This document shows, one piece after another, positions 53,910 to 63,983 of a stretch of DNA of 64,000 nucleotides; position 1 is the first letter of the stretch, and every line of letters starts with the position of its first letter. The stretch covers positions 2,574 to 66,573 of the forward strand of contig CANIBL010000003.1 of the NCBI GenBank assembly GCA_947466225.1, given 5' to 3'. The stretch is from Deltaproteobacteria bacterium. GTDB taxonomy: Bacteria > Bdellovibrionota_B > Oligoflexia > Oligoflexales > Bog-1112. A program made the position numbers and the translations under genes. Below the pieces are notes generated by a model. That model saw only the letters and a program-made list of their open reading frames with translations, was not told where the DNA came from and searched no databases.

Positions 53910-55877
53910 TTATTTCACCGCACTCAATAGCTTATTGTCAATCATCAAGCTTAAAATTGATTTTGATGCGTACACACTAATATGGTGATCATCATTGTAA
54001 AGTGAATGCGTATCTTTTTTAATATCACAAAAATTTCCATCACAGAAATATAGTGTAGAATCATAAATCATCATTTTAGGGAATCTAGATTGAAGCATAT
54101 TAACTTCATTCAAGTATTTTTTACGGACCGCTTCATTTTCTTCCGCTGCGAAACGACACTCTATATTTTTATTTATAGCGTATGGAAGTTTTTGAAGACA
54201 ATACTTTGGATCAAATTTAAGATGTGGGACGTCAATTACAAAAATAACTTTTTTCCCGAGAGAGAGAAAATTGCTAACTAAATAATTATTCCCTTCGGCA
54301 AAAGCTTCTTTATTAGTAAGATTCTTTCCATTCAACCAATAAAAAGATGCGGCATCATCAGATTTATTGAAGTAATTAACAATTACGACCGTCTCTATGC
54401 TTTCAACTTCCTTTGCCACCCTTAAGACTTCTTTAGAAATATCTGTGCAATTATTACCGAAACTATTCTTAAAGGTTGGAGTGTAGCTTAAGTTTGGATA
54501 TATAAAGCATGAATGCCCTGATATGAGTAACGAGTCAATTTTTGTAATTTTTTCATAAATTGATGAATACAAAGCCATGGCATGGCTATCTCCAACAAAT
54601 AAAACAGTAGGCTTATTTGATGAAGAAAGACAAACCTCTTCGGATAGAACTGATAGCTTAAGAAACTCATTACAACTTTTATCAGATTTATAATAACCAC
54701 CTAGATTTTTATAATCGCCGAATAAAATATTATTTCTAGAATATGTCGGTAATCTATCTTGAAATCCTTTATTAAAATGCCCAATTAATCCGAAAGATAT
54801 GAAAAACAGGGAGAAAAAAACGGTAAAAACAGAGACTGTAACTAGATTGCATTTTTCCTTACTCCTAAATGGAGTCTCTATAAATCTCCATGAGAAATAG
54901 GCAAGAAAAGCCAACAGAAGCATCAAAAAAAACATTGAAATATTGCTAAGTTCAACAATCGTAATATATCTTGCAAAAGCAAATAAAGGTTGGTGCCATA
55001 AGTACAAGCTATAGCTTATTAAACCAATCCCAACAAACATTTTGGCACCTAGCAATCGACCAACAAGATTTTTATCGTTAGCAAATGCGATAACTAATCC
55101 AGCACCAATAGTCGGTATAAGCATGTATAAGCTAGGTGATGGTGTATTTTTGTTAAATGCAAATATTGCGTAAAGCATTAGGATGAAACCAGCAAGACTG
55201 AGCGACTGAGCGACTGAGTGAGTAGCTGAAATTACATTGGATTTACTGCTAATATATAAAGAAATTAAGGCGCCAATAAGTATCTCAAAGGCTCTTGTTG
55301 GTAACAAGTAAAAGGTAAATGAAGTGTGAGTTAATGATCCCCACTGTGCGGCTCCCATGCTCATAATAGCGACTGTAAATAGTGAGGAAACAATCCATTT
55401 CCTACCTAATCTCCAGCTTAGCAATAAAAAAAGTGGGAATATAACATAGTATTGTTCTTCAACCGCTAAGCTCCATGTATGAAGAAAAGGCTTAAGCTCT
55501 GAAGCTGTATCAAAGTATCCACTCGTTAAATAGAAAAGAATATTAGATGCAAATAGTGGAACGGCAACTAAACTCTCAGAAAATTCTTTTAATTCTTGCG
55601 GCAGCATCCAAAACCAGGCGAACGGAAGAGTACATAACATTACAAAAAAAAGTGCAGGCAGGATGCGCCTTGCCCGCCTTTCATAAAATTTTAGCAACGA
55701 AAATGAACCTTGTTCCATCTCATCTACGATAATAGTCGTGATTAGGTATCCACTAATTACAAAGAAAATATCAACACCAACAAATCCACCACTAAAAGCG
55801 GTGAAGCCAGCGTGAAATAAAATCACAGGTAAAACGGCTAGAGTTCTTAACCCATCAATCTCTCTTCTGTATTTCAT
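53910..55877 (-). CDS. Acyltransferase-3 family O-acetyltransferase with a C-terminal SGNH domain (OafA/OafB-like)
   Basis: 655 aa. The N-terminus MKYRREIDGLRTLAVLPVILFHAGF is followed by about 10 TM helices. The C-terminal soluble domain has FVGDSHAM (the SGNH block I-like motif). Confidence 0.85.
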   Translation of the reverse strand: MKYRREIDGLRTLAVLPVILFHAGFTAFSGGFVGVDIFFVISGYLITTIIVDEMEQGSFSLLKFYERRARRILPALFFVMLCTLPFAWFWMLPQELKEFSESLVAVPLFASNILFYLTSGYFDTASELKPFLHTWSLAVEEQYYVIFPLFLLLSWRLGRKWIVSSLFTVAIMSMGAAQWGSLTHTSFTFYLLPTRAFEILIGALISLYISSKSNVISATHSVAQSLSLAGFILMLYAIFAFNKNTPSPSLYMLIPTIGAGLVIAFANDKNLVGRLLGAKMFVGIGLISYSLYLWHQPLFAFARYITIVELSNISMFFLMLLLAFLAYFSWRFIETPFRSKEKCNLVTVSVFTVFFSLFFISFGLIGHFNKGFQDRLPTYSRNNILFGDYKNLGGYYKSDKSCNEFLKLSVLSEEVCLSSSNKPTVLFVGDSHAMALYSSIYEKITKIDSLLISGHSCFIYPNLSYTPTFKNSFGNNCTDISKEVLRVAKEVESIETVVIVNYFNKSDDAASFYWLNGKNLTNKEAFAEGNNYLVSNFLSLGKKVIFVIDVPHLKFDPKYCLQKLPYAINKNIECRFAAEENEAVRKKYLNEVNMLQSRFPKMMIYDSTLYFCDGNFCDIKKDTHSLYNDDHHISVYASKSILSLMIDNKLLSAVK

Positions 55878-56022
55878 TTCCCCCTCTTTCTAAAAAAGTA
55901 ACATGATACTTGGAAACCAACCTAGAATGCCCCAGCCGCGTTGATAACCACGCACACATTGAATCTAAAGGCTAAGCCTTGAACGTCTCACTGCTAAAAT
56001 CAACGATTTACCTATCAACGAC

Positions 56023-57657
56023 TTACGCCGATGGTTTTTTACATCGAGCCTGAATCAACTCGATCACTCTATTAAATAAAGGATCTATTATACTCCTTGG
56101 AAGACCAATAATAGTTGGAATAAAATATAAAATAAAACCAATCGAACATGTATATAGAAATCCAGACAGGAAAAAAATAACCAAAAATGGCAATCCATTC
56201 GCAGCTATAGTTGATATTTCATGAGCAACATAAGATACCCCTAGAAATGGCAATGCATATAAAAAATGGGAGCAGCATTTTTTAAAGTTATAACCAACTT
56301 GTTTTGATATAATATAAAGCAAAAGTAAAAATCCAAAAAATTCAAGGCCAACCGTTCTAATTACGAGCCCTGTAGCACCAAAATTAAGAAGCTCAGGATT
56401 CAGAAAAATATATGTAAGCAAAAGCCCAAGAGGAGATGAAAGTAAGGATAATTTTAATAATAATTTGGTTTGTTTTGTAGCTAAGACAACGGCGTCATTA
56501 ATACTTGACATTGAGTAAATAAGCGGGGATAGCAAGAAAAACCGAAGCGGTAAGGCGGCATCCTTATAATCAGCGCCACCAAATATTTTGATAATACTGG
56601 AAACCTCCATAAAAAAGAATGCGGAAAAATACGCTGCTAATGCGAACATAACGGGATATGTTTTATTGAAATAACTCAATATATGCTGCTTATTGTCGGC
56701 TAATGCCGCTATGGACATTTCACGAATTGTTAGCGGCTGAAGCGCAGTTATAAAGATAACAGGGAGAATCTGAAAATTATTTGCGAAGGCGAATATTCCT
56801 TGCTCGTAGTTTCCACCATAATACTGCAACATCCACCGTTGGAGAATCGTCACAATAGCACCGATTCCCATATAACCAAGCATTGGAAATGAATATTGAA
56901 AAAATGCGCGACCTTTATTTTTGAATGCTGAAATTGAAATCTTGTTTATTTCAATGCCTGAACGGTTCTGCCTCCACAAAAAAATAAGTATAAATACGCT
57001 CAATAAAAGCAAAATCAGAAACTGATAATAAAAATAATTTCTAATATTTAGCATTTTTTGTGAGAATAAAAATAGAAGGACTATAGTAGAAATAACTCGA
57101 TTTATTAGTCGTATTTTCTCTAAAGGAACTGTGTATCCATGGGCATCCATGACACTAATTAAAATCTCCGATATCCAAGTAAAAACGCAGAATGCTGCTG
57201 CATAAAAAAATAGTGCAGGCCATTTTGGTATTTGAATTAAAGCACCAATTGGTGTAAATGCCAAAACAGAAGACATGCCAAATAAGACAATAACAACCCC
57301 AATTATATAATACGAATAAAAGGATAGAAGATCAGAATCATCTGGCTTTTGCGAAAGATTTACATAGAAACAAGTCGAGGTACGCGCATCCAGAAAGTCT
57401 AGTATTTGCCTAAAAAATGTTGTGATATAATTAAACACCCCATAGTTTTCAACTCCGAGGGCCCGCGGCACGATCCCAGCTGTAAATAAACTAATAAAAA
57501 AACCTAAAAAATTGGTAGATAATTTGTAAAGGTACCGTTTTTTAAATGAGTCTGATTTCATTGAATGTTGAGCTCTCGAGCTAAAAGGATTTATAAATAC
57601 TGCAAAAGTTACAGCCCACATCCAGCCGAACTTATTCTTTATAAGATAGAGACACAA
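56023..57657 (-). CDS. Polysaccharide/oligosaccharide flippase (Wzx-like, MOP superfamily)
   Basis: A very hydrophobic protein with 12-14 TM helices inside the polysaccharide locus. The track start is a TTG; a more typical N-terminus (MKSDSFKKRYLYKLSTNF...) begins at ATG 57561. Confidence 0.7.
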   Translation of the reverse strand: MCLYLIKNKFGWMWAVTFAVFINPFSSRAQHSMKSDSFKKRYLYKLSTNFLGFFISLFTAGIVPRALGVENYGVFNYITTFFRQILDFLDARTSTCFYVNLSQKPDDSDLLSFYSYYIIGVVIVLFGMSSVLAFTPIGALIQIPKWPALFFYAAAFCVFTWISEILISVMDAHGYTVPLEKIRLINRVISTIVLLFLFSQKMLNIRNYFYYQFLILLLLSVFILIFLWRQNRSGIEINKISISAFKNKGRAFFQYSFPMLGYMGIGAIVTILQRWMLQYYGGNYEQGIFAFANNFQILPVIFITALQPLTIREMSIAALADNKQHILSYFNKTYPVMFALAAYFSAFFFMEVSSIIKIFGGADYKDAALPLRFFLLSPLIYSMSSINDAVVLATKQTKLLLKLSLLSSPLGLLLTYIFLNPELLNFGATGLVIRTVGLEFFGFLLLLYIISKQVGYNFKKCCSHFLYALPFLGVSYVAHEISTIAANGLPFLVIFFLSGFLYTCSIGFILYFIPTIIGLPRSIIDPLFNRVIELIQARCKKPSA

Positions 57658-57852
57658 ACATTATAAGGAAAAGCCCAGCATGCTGGTCTAATGATACACA
57701 GACATATTGTCAATTGCTTCCTTTCCTTTAATTCTCAAGTACACTCAATTTCGATATAAAAAACAATCCCCTCAAAGCATTGCAAAAAAAGACTTGACGA
57801 AAATAATCCCATGAATCGCTGGTTGCGATTACTCTCATATTGAGTTAGCGAG

Positions 57853-58371
57853 TCATGAGCGGCTTTCCAAACTAAAAATCCTCACACTCAAGCCATGCAG
57901 CTTCAACCCTATATTTAGAATCAGACGCTCCCAATATTTTCTATTTTCTAAAATCCCACTCAAATAATGGGATATCGGAATCAGAAAAATGGAAAAAAGA
58001 GCAGATACAAGAAAATAAAAAAAAGACTGCGAATTCCACAAAGATCTAATCGCGGCATAAAAAAACAGCATTAAGTGGAAATGAATAAGAGAGAGTGTAT
58101 AAAGAGCATATTCCATTGGATGGAATATGCCGTTATTTCTTTCAATATTTGAATCAAGACTCATTGCGATCAATAAGCTACTAAGGGCAAAAAAAGTCAA
58201 AACTGCATAAAGAGATAGTGCACTGAGGGCATTTAATATAACGTTCCTCCCATATATAGGCATGATAAATATCTGCGAGTAATGCGAGGCAACAACAACA
58301 AACCCCGATAAAGCTCTAATAAAGCTTAAGTTGTTGATTTGATATTGTTGCATAACTCCCTTTTTTGTCAT
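57853..58371 (-). CDS. Short membrane protein resembling the N-terminal part of an acyltransferase-3 enzyme (possible gene remnant)
   Basis: 172 aa. NNLSFIRALSGFVVVASHY resembles the acyltransferase-3 N-terminal motif, but the protein is about half the usual length. It is flanked by ~100-200-nt non-coding gaps. Confidence 0.4.
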   Translation of the reverse strand: MTKKGVMQQYQINNLSFIRALSGFVVVASHYSQIFIMPIYGRNVILNALSALSLYAVLTFFALSSLLIAMSLDSNIERNNGIFHPMEYALYTLSLIHFHLMLFFYAAIRSLWNSQSFFYFLVSALFSIFLIPISHYLSGILENRKYWERLILNIGLKLHGLSVRIFSLESRS

Positions 58372-58472
58372 TTAATCGATACTATTGCATCCGCCTTTTA
58401 CTATTGAACTCTCCAAAAAATCCGCCAGCTCCATTGCCCATTTTTTACAAAAACTCAGGTGGTTTAGCTCAG

Positions 58473-59618
58473 TTATAAGTTGCATTTCTCCAACCAAATA
58501 TTTAACTGGCGGCTATATTTTTCAGCTGAATTTTCATTTTCATGACCAATCTCCGCATATCTGGTGATCAAATTATTACATTGATCAGGACTCTCATACT
58601 TTAGAAATTTAGCCTTAAGCTGCCCAATAAAATTTGGGTCATTTACGCCTATGAGCTGCTCAGGAAGTTTCAACTCATGATAAAGATTTTCTAATTGAAT
58701 GTAAGTATTCAAACAGATGGTAGGGATTCCGAGGACAATTCCAAAAATATTTGAATGAAACCGAGTAGCAATGAGATGGCTGCAATTCGAATAGTAATTT
58801 AAGGAAGAAAAGAGTCCGCTATCACCTTGGTGGACCGGTGCAATGACAACATTTTCACGTAATATCTTGTCATTTTTAAGTCCGGAAAGAATTTCATAAA
58901 TAAAATAAAAATCAGTAGGTATATGTGGCAAGAAAACGCTTTTATATCCCCCCTCAGAAAGCCAAACCACAAGATCTCTGATGTTATTCATGAAGCTCTC
59001 TATTCCAAAACGAGAATATCTGATTTCAGGCATATCAGAGGCAACATTAATACCAACCCACGGTTTATTGTCGCGATATGGGATACTGGCTAACTTAGTT
59101 TCCAGGAAAAAGCCGCTGTCTGGCACCTGCAAGATTCTGTTGGCATAGTAATCGCCAAAAATTTTTTTCACATTCTCGATCGCACCATCATTACGAACGG
59201 ATATAAAAACTCGTGGACTTTTAAGACAATAATCCAAAAAATTTCTAAATTTTTCTCTACTTCCGACTCCAATACCTTGTCCTATATCAATACCCAAGGC
59301 ATTAAACAAAACGGGGCAGTTAAAACGAGCCAATTGCTCAATAGAAAATCCTACTGATGTCCCTGATGGACTATTTGTTGGCCACAACTCAAAATAATTT
59401 CCTCCACCAACAATAAATAGATCGAAAGTATTTACATAGTCCACGAACTGATCATCATAAGCACGCGTCCCTCGATAAAAATCGCGAATTTCAAGCTGAG
59501 TAAATTCCAGCGAAAATTTTAGGGCGGCAGCTATTTTACGGTGAAAACCAAGATGATTCGCATTGTCACCTATATTGCCGACGAAACTTGCCAAATGTAG
59601 AACACGCAACTTCTTCAT
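58473..59618 (-). CDS. Polysaccharide pyruvyl transferase family protein
   Basis: The ATG at 59618 (MKKLRVLHLASFVGNIGDNANHLGF) removes the overlap with the upstream gene. N-terminal GNxGD and C-terminal LIATRFHSNIFGIVLGIPTICLNTY match the pyruvyl-transferase pattern. Confidence 0.68.
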   Translation of the reverse strand: MKKLRVLHLASFVGNIGDNANHLGFHRKIAAALKFSLEFTQLEIRDFYRGTRAYDDQFVDYVNTFDLFIVGGGNYFELWPTNSPSGTSVGFSIEQLARFNCPVLFNALGIDIGQGIGVGSREKFRNFLDYCLKSPRVFISVRNDGAIENVKKIFGDYYANRILQVPDSGFFLETKLASIPYRDNKPWVGINVASDMPEIRYSRFGIESFMNNIRDLVVWLSEGGYKSVFLPHIPTDFYFIYEILSGLKNDKILRENVVIAPVHQGDSGLFSSLNYYSNCSHLIATRFHSNIFGIVLGIPTICLNTYIQLENLYHELKLPEQLIGVNDPNFIGQLKAKFLKYESPDQCNNLITRYAEIGHENENSAEKYSRQLNIWLEKCNL

Positions 59619-59647
59619 ATCAACTTCAGCCTCAAGTGATCTCGGTT

Positions 59648-60688
59648 CTAAGACTCTATATCCACCCACCGCAACTGCTGATTTTTAGAAAGATATCGAC
59701 TTGCCCGCTTGCCTAATATCGAATCGAATTCTTTTGCTTTAATTTCACCTGTCCCAGGTCGCTTTACCCAAATGTTTTCAGCGTTAAAAACATCACCCTT
59801 TTTAACCTCCGAAAGGGTTACACAACATGCGTATGCAAAATCAATAGTCGGTTTTTCTTCGCTTAGAATTTGCTTATTTCCTCCCAAAGAAGCATGTATT
59901 GCTTTCGAACCAAAAATAAGATCTTGCAATTCACCAGGATCTATCGAAATGCTGATGTCAGGCCCAGGCCATGTTTTATTGGACGTGAAGTGTTTTTCCA
60001 AAATCGACGCCCCTAGCGGGACTGCTCCAAAACAAGTATAATTACCCAGGGAGTGGTCACTAAGCCCTAAAACTGCATCTGGGAAATTTTCTCGCATTTC
60101 TCTCAAAGCACCAAGTCGAACTTTTTCATATGGCGTTGGATATATCGAGGTACAATGCAGCAAGGCGTAGGGGATCGCGTATTCACGTAAAATATTGACA
60201 GCAATGCCAATGCTTGCAATATCATTCATCCCAGTACTCAAGATGATCGGTTTGCCAAATCCAGCAATATGTCGTATAAGTGGATAGTTATTACATTCGC
60301 CAGATCCGATTTTATAAAATTTTACTTGCATGCTTTCTAAGCGATCAGCTGCTGCTCGACTAAAAGGCGTGCTCAAAAACATCATTTTTTTAGATTCTAC
60401 ATACTTCTTAAGTTCAATCTCCTCATGTTCTAGAAGTTTACACCGATCCATAATATTCCAGATGCTTTCTTTGGCATTGCCCGGAATCACATTGTTTGGG
60501 ATCATCTCATCGTCAATTACATGCGTCTGAAACTTAACACATTCACACCCAGTATCAACGGCATCATCAACCATTTGAATAGCTTTATCTAGGCTACCTT
60601 CATGATTTATTCCGACTTCAGCAATAACGAAGGGAGGGTAATCCTCGCCAATCTTTCTTCCTTCAATTTCGATAAATTTGTTTTTCAT
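59648..60688 (-). CDS. NeuB-family nonulosonic acid synthase (N-acetylneuraminate/legionaminate/pseudaminate synthase)
   Basis: 346 aa with FVIAEVGINHEGSLDKA, a TIM-barrel region and a C-terminal SAF-like domain (VKKGDVFNAENIWVKRPGTG). Confidence 0.88.
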   Translation of the reverse strand: MKNKFIEIEGRKIGEDYPPFVIAEVGINHEGSLDKAIQMVDDAVDTGCECVKFQTHVIDDEMIPNNVIPGNAKESIWNIMDRCKLLEHEEIELKKYVESKKMMFLSTPFSRAAADRLESMQVKFYKIGSGECNNYPLIRHIAGFGKPIILSTGMNDIASIGIAVNILREYAIPYALLHCTSIYPTPYEKVRLGALREMRENFPDAVLGLSDHSLGNYTCFGAVPLGASILEKHFTSNKTWPGPDISISIDPGELQDLIFGSKAIHASLGGNKQILSEEKPTIDFAYACCVTLSEVKKGDVFNAENIWVKRPGTGEIKAKEFDSILGKRASRYLSKNQQLRWVDIES

Positions 60689-60695
60689 TTCACTC

Positions 60696-61898
60696 TCACG
60701 ATACGGTGTGTCTTAGCGCCCAACCACTGCTTTTCTTTTCCCACAGATGAGGAGATCGATATCGATCTACTATTTCAAAAAATGCCTCCTCTGAAATATC
60801 GACATATTCTAAAAACTCCTTAAAATACTTTTTAGGGAACTCTTGATCGTATTTATGAACCAATGCCACCCCCTCATCTCTCGTTATTTTACCATTTCTT
60901 ATTTCTTGCGCTACATCATAAGTAGCCCGACCGATGCCAAACTTAATCAAAGTCGTGTAATAGTGAAATGGATCAATTTTGTCGTCAATACTACTGTATT
61001 TTGAAAAACTACCTTCAGTTCTTACCGAGTTGGCCTCGAATCCAGCATGTTCGACTGAATAGTAGTAACACTCCTGAGGATCCCACTTAAGATAATAGCC
61101 TAGATAATGCACTTCAATATTATTCAGTCCCAACGTATTAAGCTTTGGAGGGATATAGGGGGCAAAATCACTAAAACTAAAGCCATACTCCGAAATAATT
61201 TCAGTAACTGGAACCCCTCCAAACTTCATATCAAGAGGGTTTTCGCTGCTAAAGAATGAGGGGTCCATCGTTGGACGCTGATTTTCTTCAACCTTATTGC
61301 CATATTCAGCTTGATTTTCCCCATAAAAGACTAGAGATATTCCATATTTTGCCGCCATAATAGGGCCTATCAATCTTTGACCAATGATGAATGGCTGAAA
61401 CGGATGTAATAAATTCTTAAATGCTAAAGATGTAAGAACTCGATGTAATCTTCCATTTGGCGTGAACAGTATATTGTCCAAGCCTCCAACATGAATCCAA
61501 TTTGTAAAATTTTTCCACCCAATTTCAGTATAAAGATGAGGCGACCATGTTACTGTCAATGGATTCATGCCATATTTATACTTTAAAATATGAGACGTGT
61601 AGACGCTATCTTTACCACCGCTCCCTGGTACGACTATATCGTACCCACCATCAGTTCTGCGATGCCTAGCTAACAGTTCTTTCAATTTATCTTCGCGGTG
61701 ATCCCAATCTATAATTTCTTTCTCTTCAGCGAAAGAGCAGGCTGAGCAGATCCCATCATTCAATTGAATTACCTCTTTCTTATCGTTGGAGGTACTTCTG
61801 AACTCAATTGTTGATGAGGGGCGTTGATTAGAAATCACACATTTTTTACAAAATACTACATCCTTTGGCAGCCCATAATATGACTCCATAAACAACAC
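60696..61898 (-). CDS. N-acetyl sugar amidotransferase (PseA/WbuX/LfnA-like, PP-loop ATPase)
   Basis: 400 aa. N-terminal Cys motif FCKKCVISNQRPS...CSAC and PP-loop VVPGSGGKDS. It is followed by hisH/hisF paralogues, as in acetamidino-sugar loci. Confidence 0.8.
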   Translation of the reverse strand: MLFMESYYGLPKDVVFCKKCVISNQRPSSTIEFRSTSNDKKEVIQLNDGICSACSFAEEKEIIDWDHREDKLKELLARHRRTDGGYDIVVPGSGGKDSVYTSHILKYKYGMNPLTVTWSPHLYTEIGWKNFTNWIHVGGLDNILFTPNGRLHRVLTSLAFKNLLHPFQPFIIGQRLIGPIMAAKYGISLVFYGENQAEYGNKVEENQRPTMDPSFFSSENPLDMKFGGVPVTEIISEYGFSFSDFAPYIPPKLNTLGLNNIEVHYLGYYLKWDPQECYYYSVEHAGFEANSVRTEGSFSKYSSIDDKIDPFHYYTTLIKFGIGRATYDVAQEIRNGKITRDEGVALVHKYDQEFPKKYFKEFLEYVDISEEAFFEIVDRYRSPHLWEKKSSGWALRHTVS

Positions 61899-61906
61899 CT
61901 CGTCTG

Positions 61907-62509
61907 CTAGTTTTTAAGAAACTTCTGTAGAAAATTTAGCCCCTGAATACCGCTTTTTTCCGGATGAAACTGTACACCGACAACATTATCCTTAAAACAA
62001 GCCGCCACAAAATTCACACCCAAATAGTCTGCCCAATACAAGGAGTTCGCATTTAATGCATTCATCGCACAATAACTATGGATAAAATAGTATGGCAATA
62101 ATCCAAATATATCTGATTTCGACTGATCTGATTCCAGCGGAGCCCAACCCACATGAGGAACTCTAACCGTCTTTGGAAAACGAGTAATTGCTGACTCGAA
62201 AAGACCCAGCCCGACATGAGTACCAAATTCTTCACTTGAAGCGCAAAACATCTGGAAGCCAAGACAGATTCCAAGCAAGGGTCTACCCGATCCAGCAAAA
62301 CTCAAAATTGCTTCATCCAGGCCCTTTTCCTTAAGATTTTCTATGCCTACACCAAAAGCCCCCACGCCGGGAACAACTAAATAGTCAGCTGATTTTACAA
62401 CACTAGGACTATTTGTGATCACGACTGAAGCCCCAAGATATTCAAATGCATTTGAAACACTTTTTACATTGCCTAATTGATAGTCTACAATCGTAACGCA
62501 ATCGGTCAT
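61907..62509 (-). CDS. Glutamine amidotransferase, HisH paralogue (WbuY-like)
   Basis: 200 aa with the class I GATase triad context GICLGFQ (Cys) and VQFHPEKS (His/Glu). Confidence 0.88.
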   Translation of the reverse strand: MTDCVTIVDYQLGNVKSVSNAFEYLGASVVITNSPSVVKSADYLVVPGVGAFGVGIENLKEKGLDEAILSFAGSGRPLLGICLGFQMFCASSEEFGTHVGLGLFESAITRFPKTVRVPHVGWAPLESDQSKSDIFGLLPYYFIHSYCAMNALNANSLYWADYLGVNFVAACFKDNVVGVQFHPEKSGIQGLNFLQKFLKN

Positions 62510-63231
62510 GCTAAATCCCTAGTGAAATCTGATACTTGACAAATCCCGTAGTGGAGCGTGCTCGCGACTGCAACAGCCTCGACACCCTCAATTTCCCAGG
62601 CTCTCTTAGCATGCTCAACACTACCGCAGCCTCCAGACGCTATGATCGGAGTACGAACTTTTGAACAAACTGTATTTAGGAGATCAAGATCAAATCCCTT
62701 CTTCGTCCCCTCCTTATCTATGGAGGTAAGCAATATCTCCCCTATGCCACGACTTTCCATTTCGGAGGCCCACTCTAAAACATCCATACCCGAAGATTCG
62801 CGCCCACAATCATAATAACAAAGCCATGAATTTCCCAGCTTTTTCGCCTCAATAGAGCCAACCAAACATTGAGAACCATACTTTTGTGCTATGATGTTTA
62901 TTAATTGAGGATTTTTTATTATGGCGGTGTTTATAGCAACTTTATCTGCACCTGCCTGAAGCGCTTTGCTTACATCATCAATTGAGCGAATGCCTCCTCC
63001 TATACAAATAGGGACAAAAACCCGCCGACAAGTCTTATCAAGGATATCAAATAGATTATTTCGATCGTAGAGAGAAGCGACAGTATCATTTAAGAAAATT
63101 TCGTGAATCCCTCCCTCATAATAGCGCTCTGCAAAGGTTATGGGCTCTCCTACTTTCCTTAACCCTTCTAGATGAACGCCTTTAATCACTGTGTTATTCT
63201 TTATGTCAAGTCTTGCAATGATTCGCTTCAT
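62506..63231 (-). CDS. Imidazole-glycerol-phosphate-synthase cyclase-like subunit, HisF paralogue (WbuZ-like)
   Basis: 241 aa (beta/alpha)8 barrel with RLDIKNNTVIKGV, GGGIRS and ASGGCGS phosphate-binding motifs. There is a 4-nt overlap with the hisH paralogue. Confidence 0.88.
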   Translation of the reverse strand: MKRIIARLDIKNNTVIKGVHLEGLRKVGEPITFAERYYEGGIHEIFLNDTVASLYDRNNLFDILDKTCRRVFVPICIGGGIRSIDDVSKALQAGADKVAINTAIIKNPQLINIIAQKYGSQCLVGSIEAKKLGNSWLCYYDCGRESSGMDVLEWASEMESRGIGEILLTSIDKEGTKKGFDLDLLNTVCSKVRTPIIASGGCGSVEHAKRAWEIEGVEAVAVASTLHYGICQVSDFTRDLA

Positions 63232-63245
63232 AGGAGTTCCAATTG

Positions 63246-63983
63246 ATGAATAAGACGGAAAAAAAATTCCTAACGATAATTCCCGCTAGAAAGGGCAGCA
63301 GAAGGGTTCCTAACAAAAACATTCGGCCACTAGCGGGAGTCCCTCTTATTGAGTGGACCTTTAAGGCTTGCGCCAGCCTAGATATAAATCAAGATGTATT
63401 TGTTTCTACAAATTGCGAAAAAATTCAAGAGTCAGCACGTAGTTTTGGCCTCTTATGCCCTGAATTACGGCCAGAGGAGCTTGCTCAAGATCTTACATCA
63501 ACGGCTGACGTCGTCCACTATATCATAAGATACTGTCAAAAAAATTTGAACTGCATCTATGAAAATATCCTCTTGCTTCAACCAACATCGCCATTGCGAT
63601 CCTCAAGAGACATCAAAGAGGCTATTTCCCTTTTCACACAAAAATCCGCGGATGCTATACAGTCCTATACACCAGCTGAGTGCCCGCCCATGTGGATAAA
63701 TACCATTGAAGCCTCTCTTCAGACAGATGACTTCATACCACAAAATTTTAAAAACATTCGCAGTCAAGACCTTGGACAATTCTATAGAATTAATGGGGCT
63801 ATATATATAATAAAAGCTTCCATTTTTTTAGAAAAATCATCGTTTTTAGTCCCAAATAGCTTTGCGTATATCATGCCCAGATCAAGGTCTATTGACATTG
63901 ATGATGAATATGATTTCATAGTGGCCGATCTGATGGCACTGCACGCTAAAAATTATCCACAAATTGCTTCTGGGGAAATATAG
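63246..63983 (+). CDS. Acylneuraminate cytidylyltransferase family (CMP-nonulosonic acid synthetase)
   Basis: N-terminus TIIPARKGSRRVPNKN and LLQPTSPLR motifs. It is divergent from the hisF paralogue. Confidence 0.85.
   Translation: MNKTEKKFLTIIPARKGSRRVPNKNIRPLAGVPLIEWTFKACASLDINQDVFVSTNCEKIQESARSFGLLCPELRPEELAQDLTSTADVVHYIIRYCQKNLNCIYENILLLQPTSPLRSSRDIKEAISLFTQKSADAIQSYTPAECPPMWINTIEASLQTDDFIPQNFKNIRSQDLGQFYRINGAIYIIKASIFLEKSSFLVPNSFAYIMPRSRSIDIDDEYDFIVADLMALHAKNYPQIASGEI

Noticed and set aside
58465-58474. TAGCTCAGTT, resembling a tRNA D-loop
   Set aside because: No acceptor stem, anticodon arm or T-arm (GTTCGAATC-like) can be drawn around it, and it overlaps the pyruvyl-transferase stop codon. 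I found no tRNA anywhere in the window.
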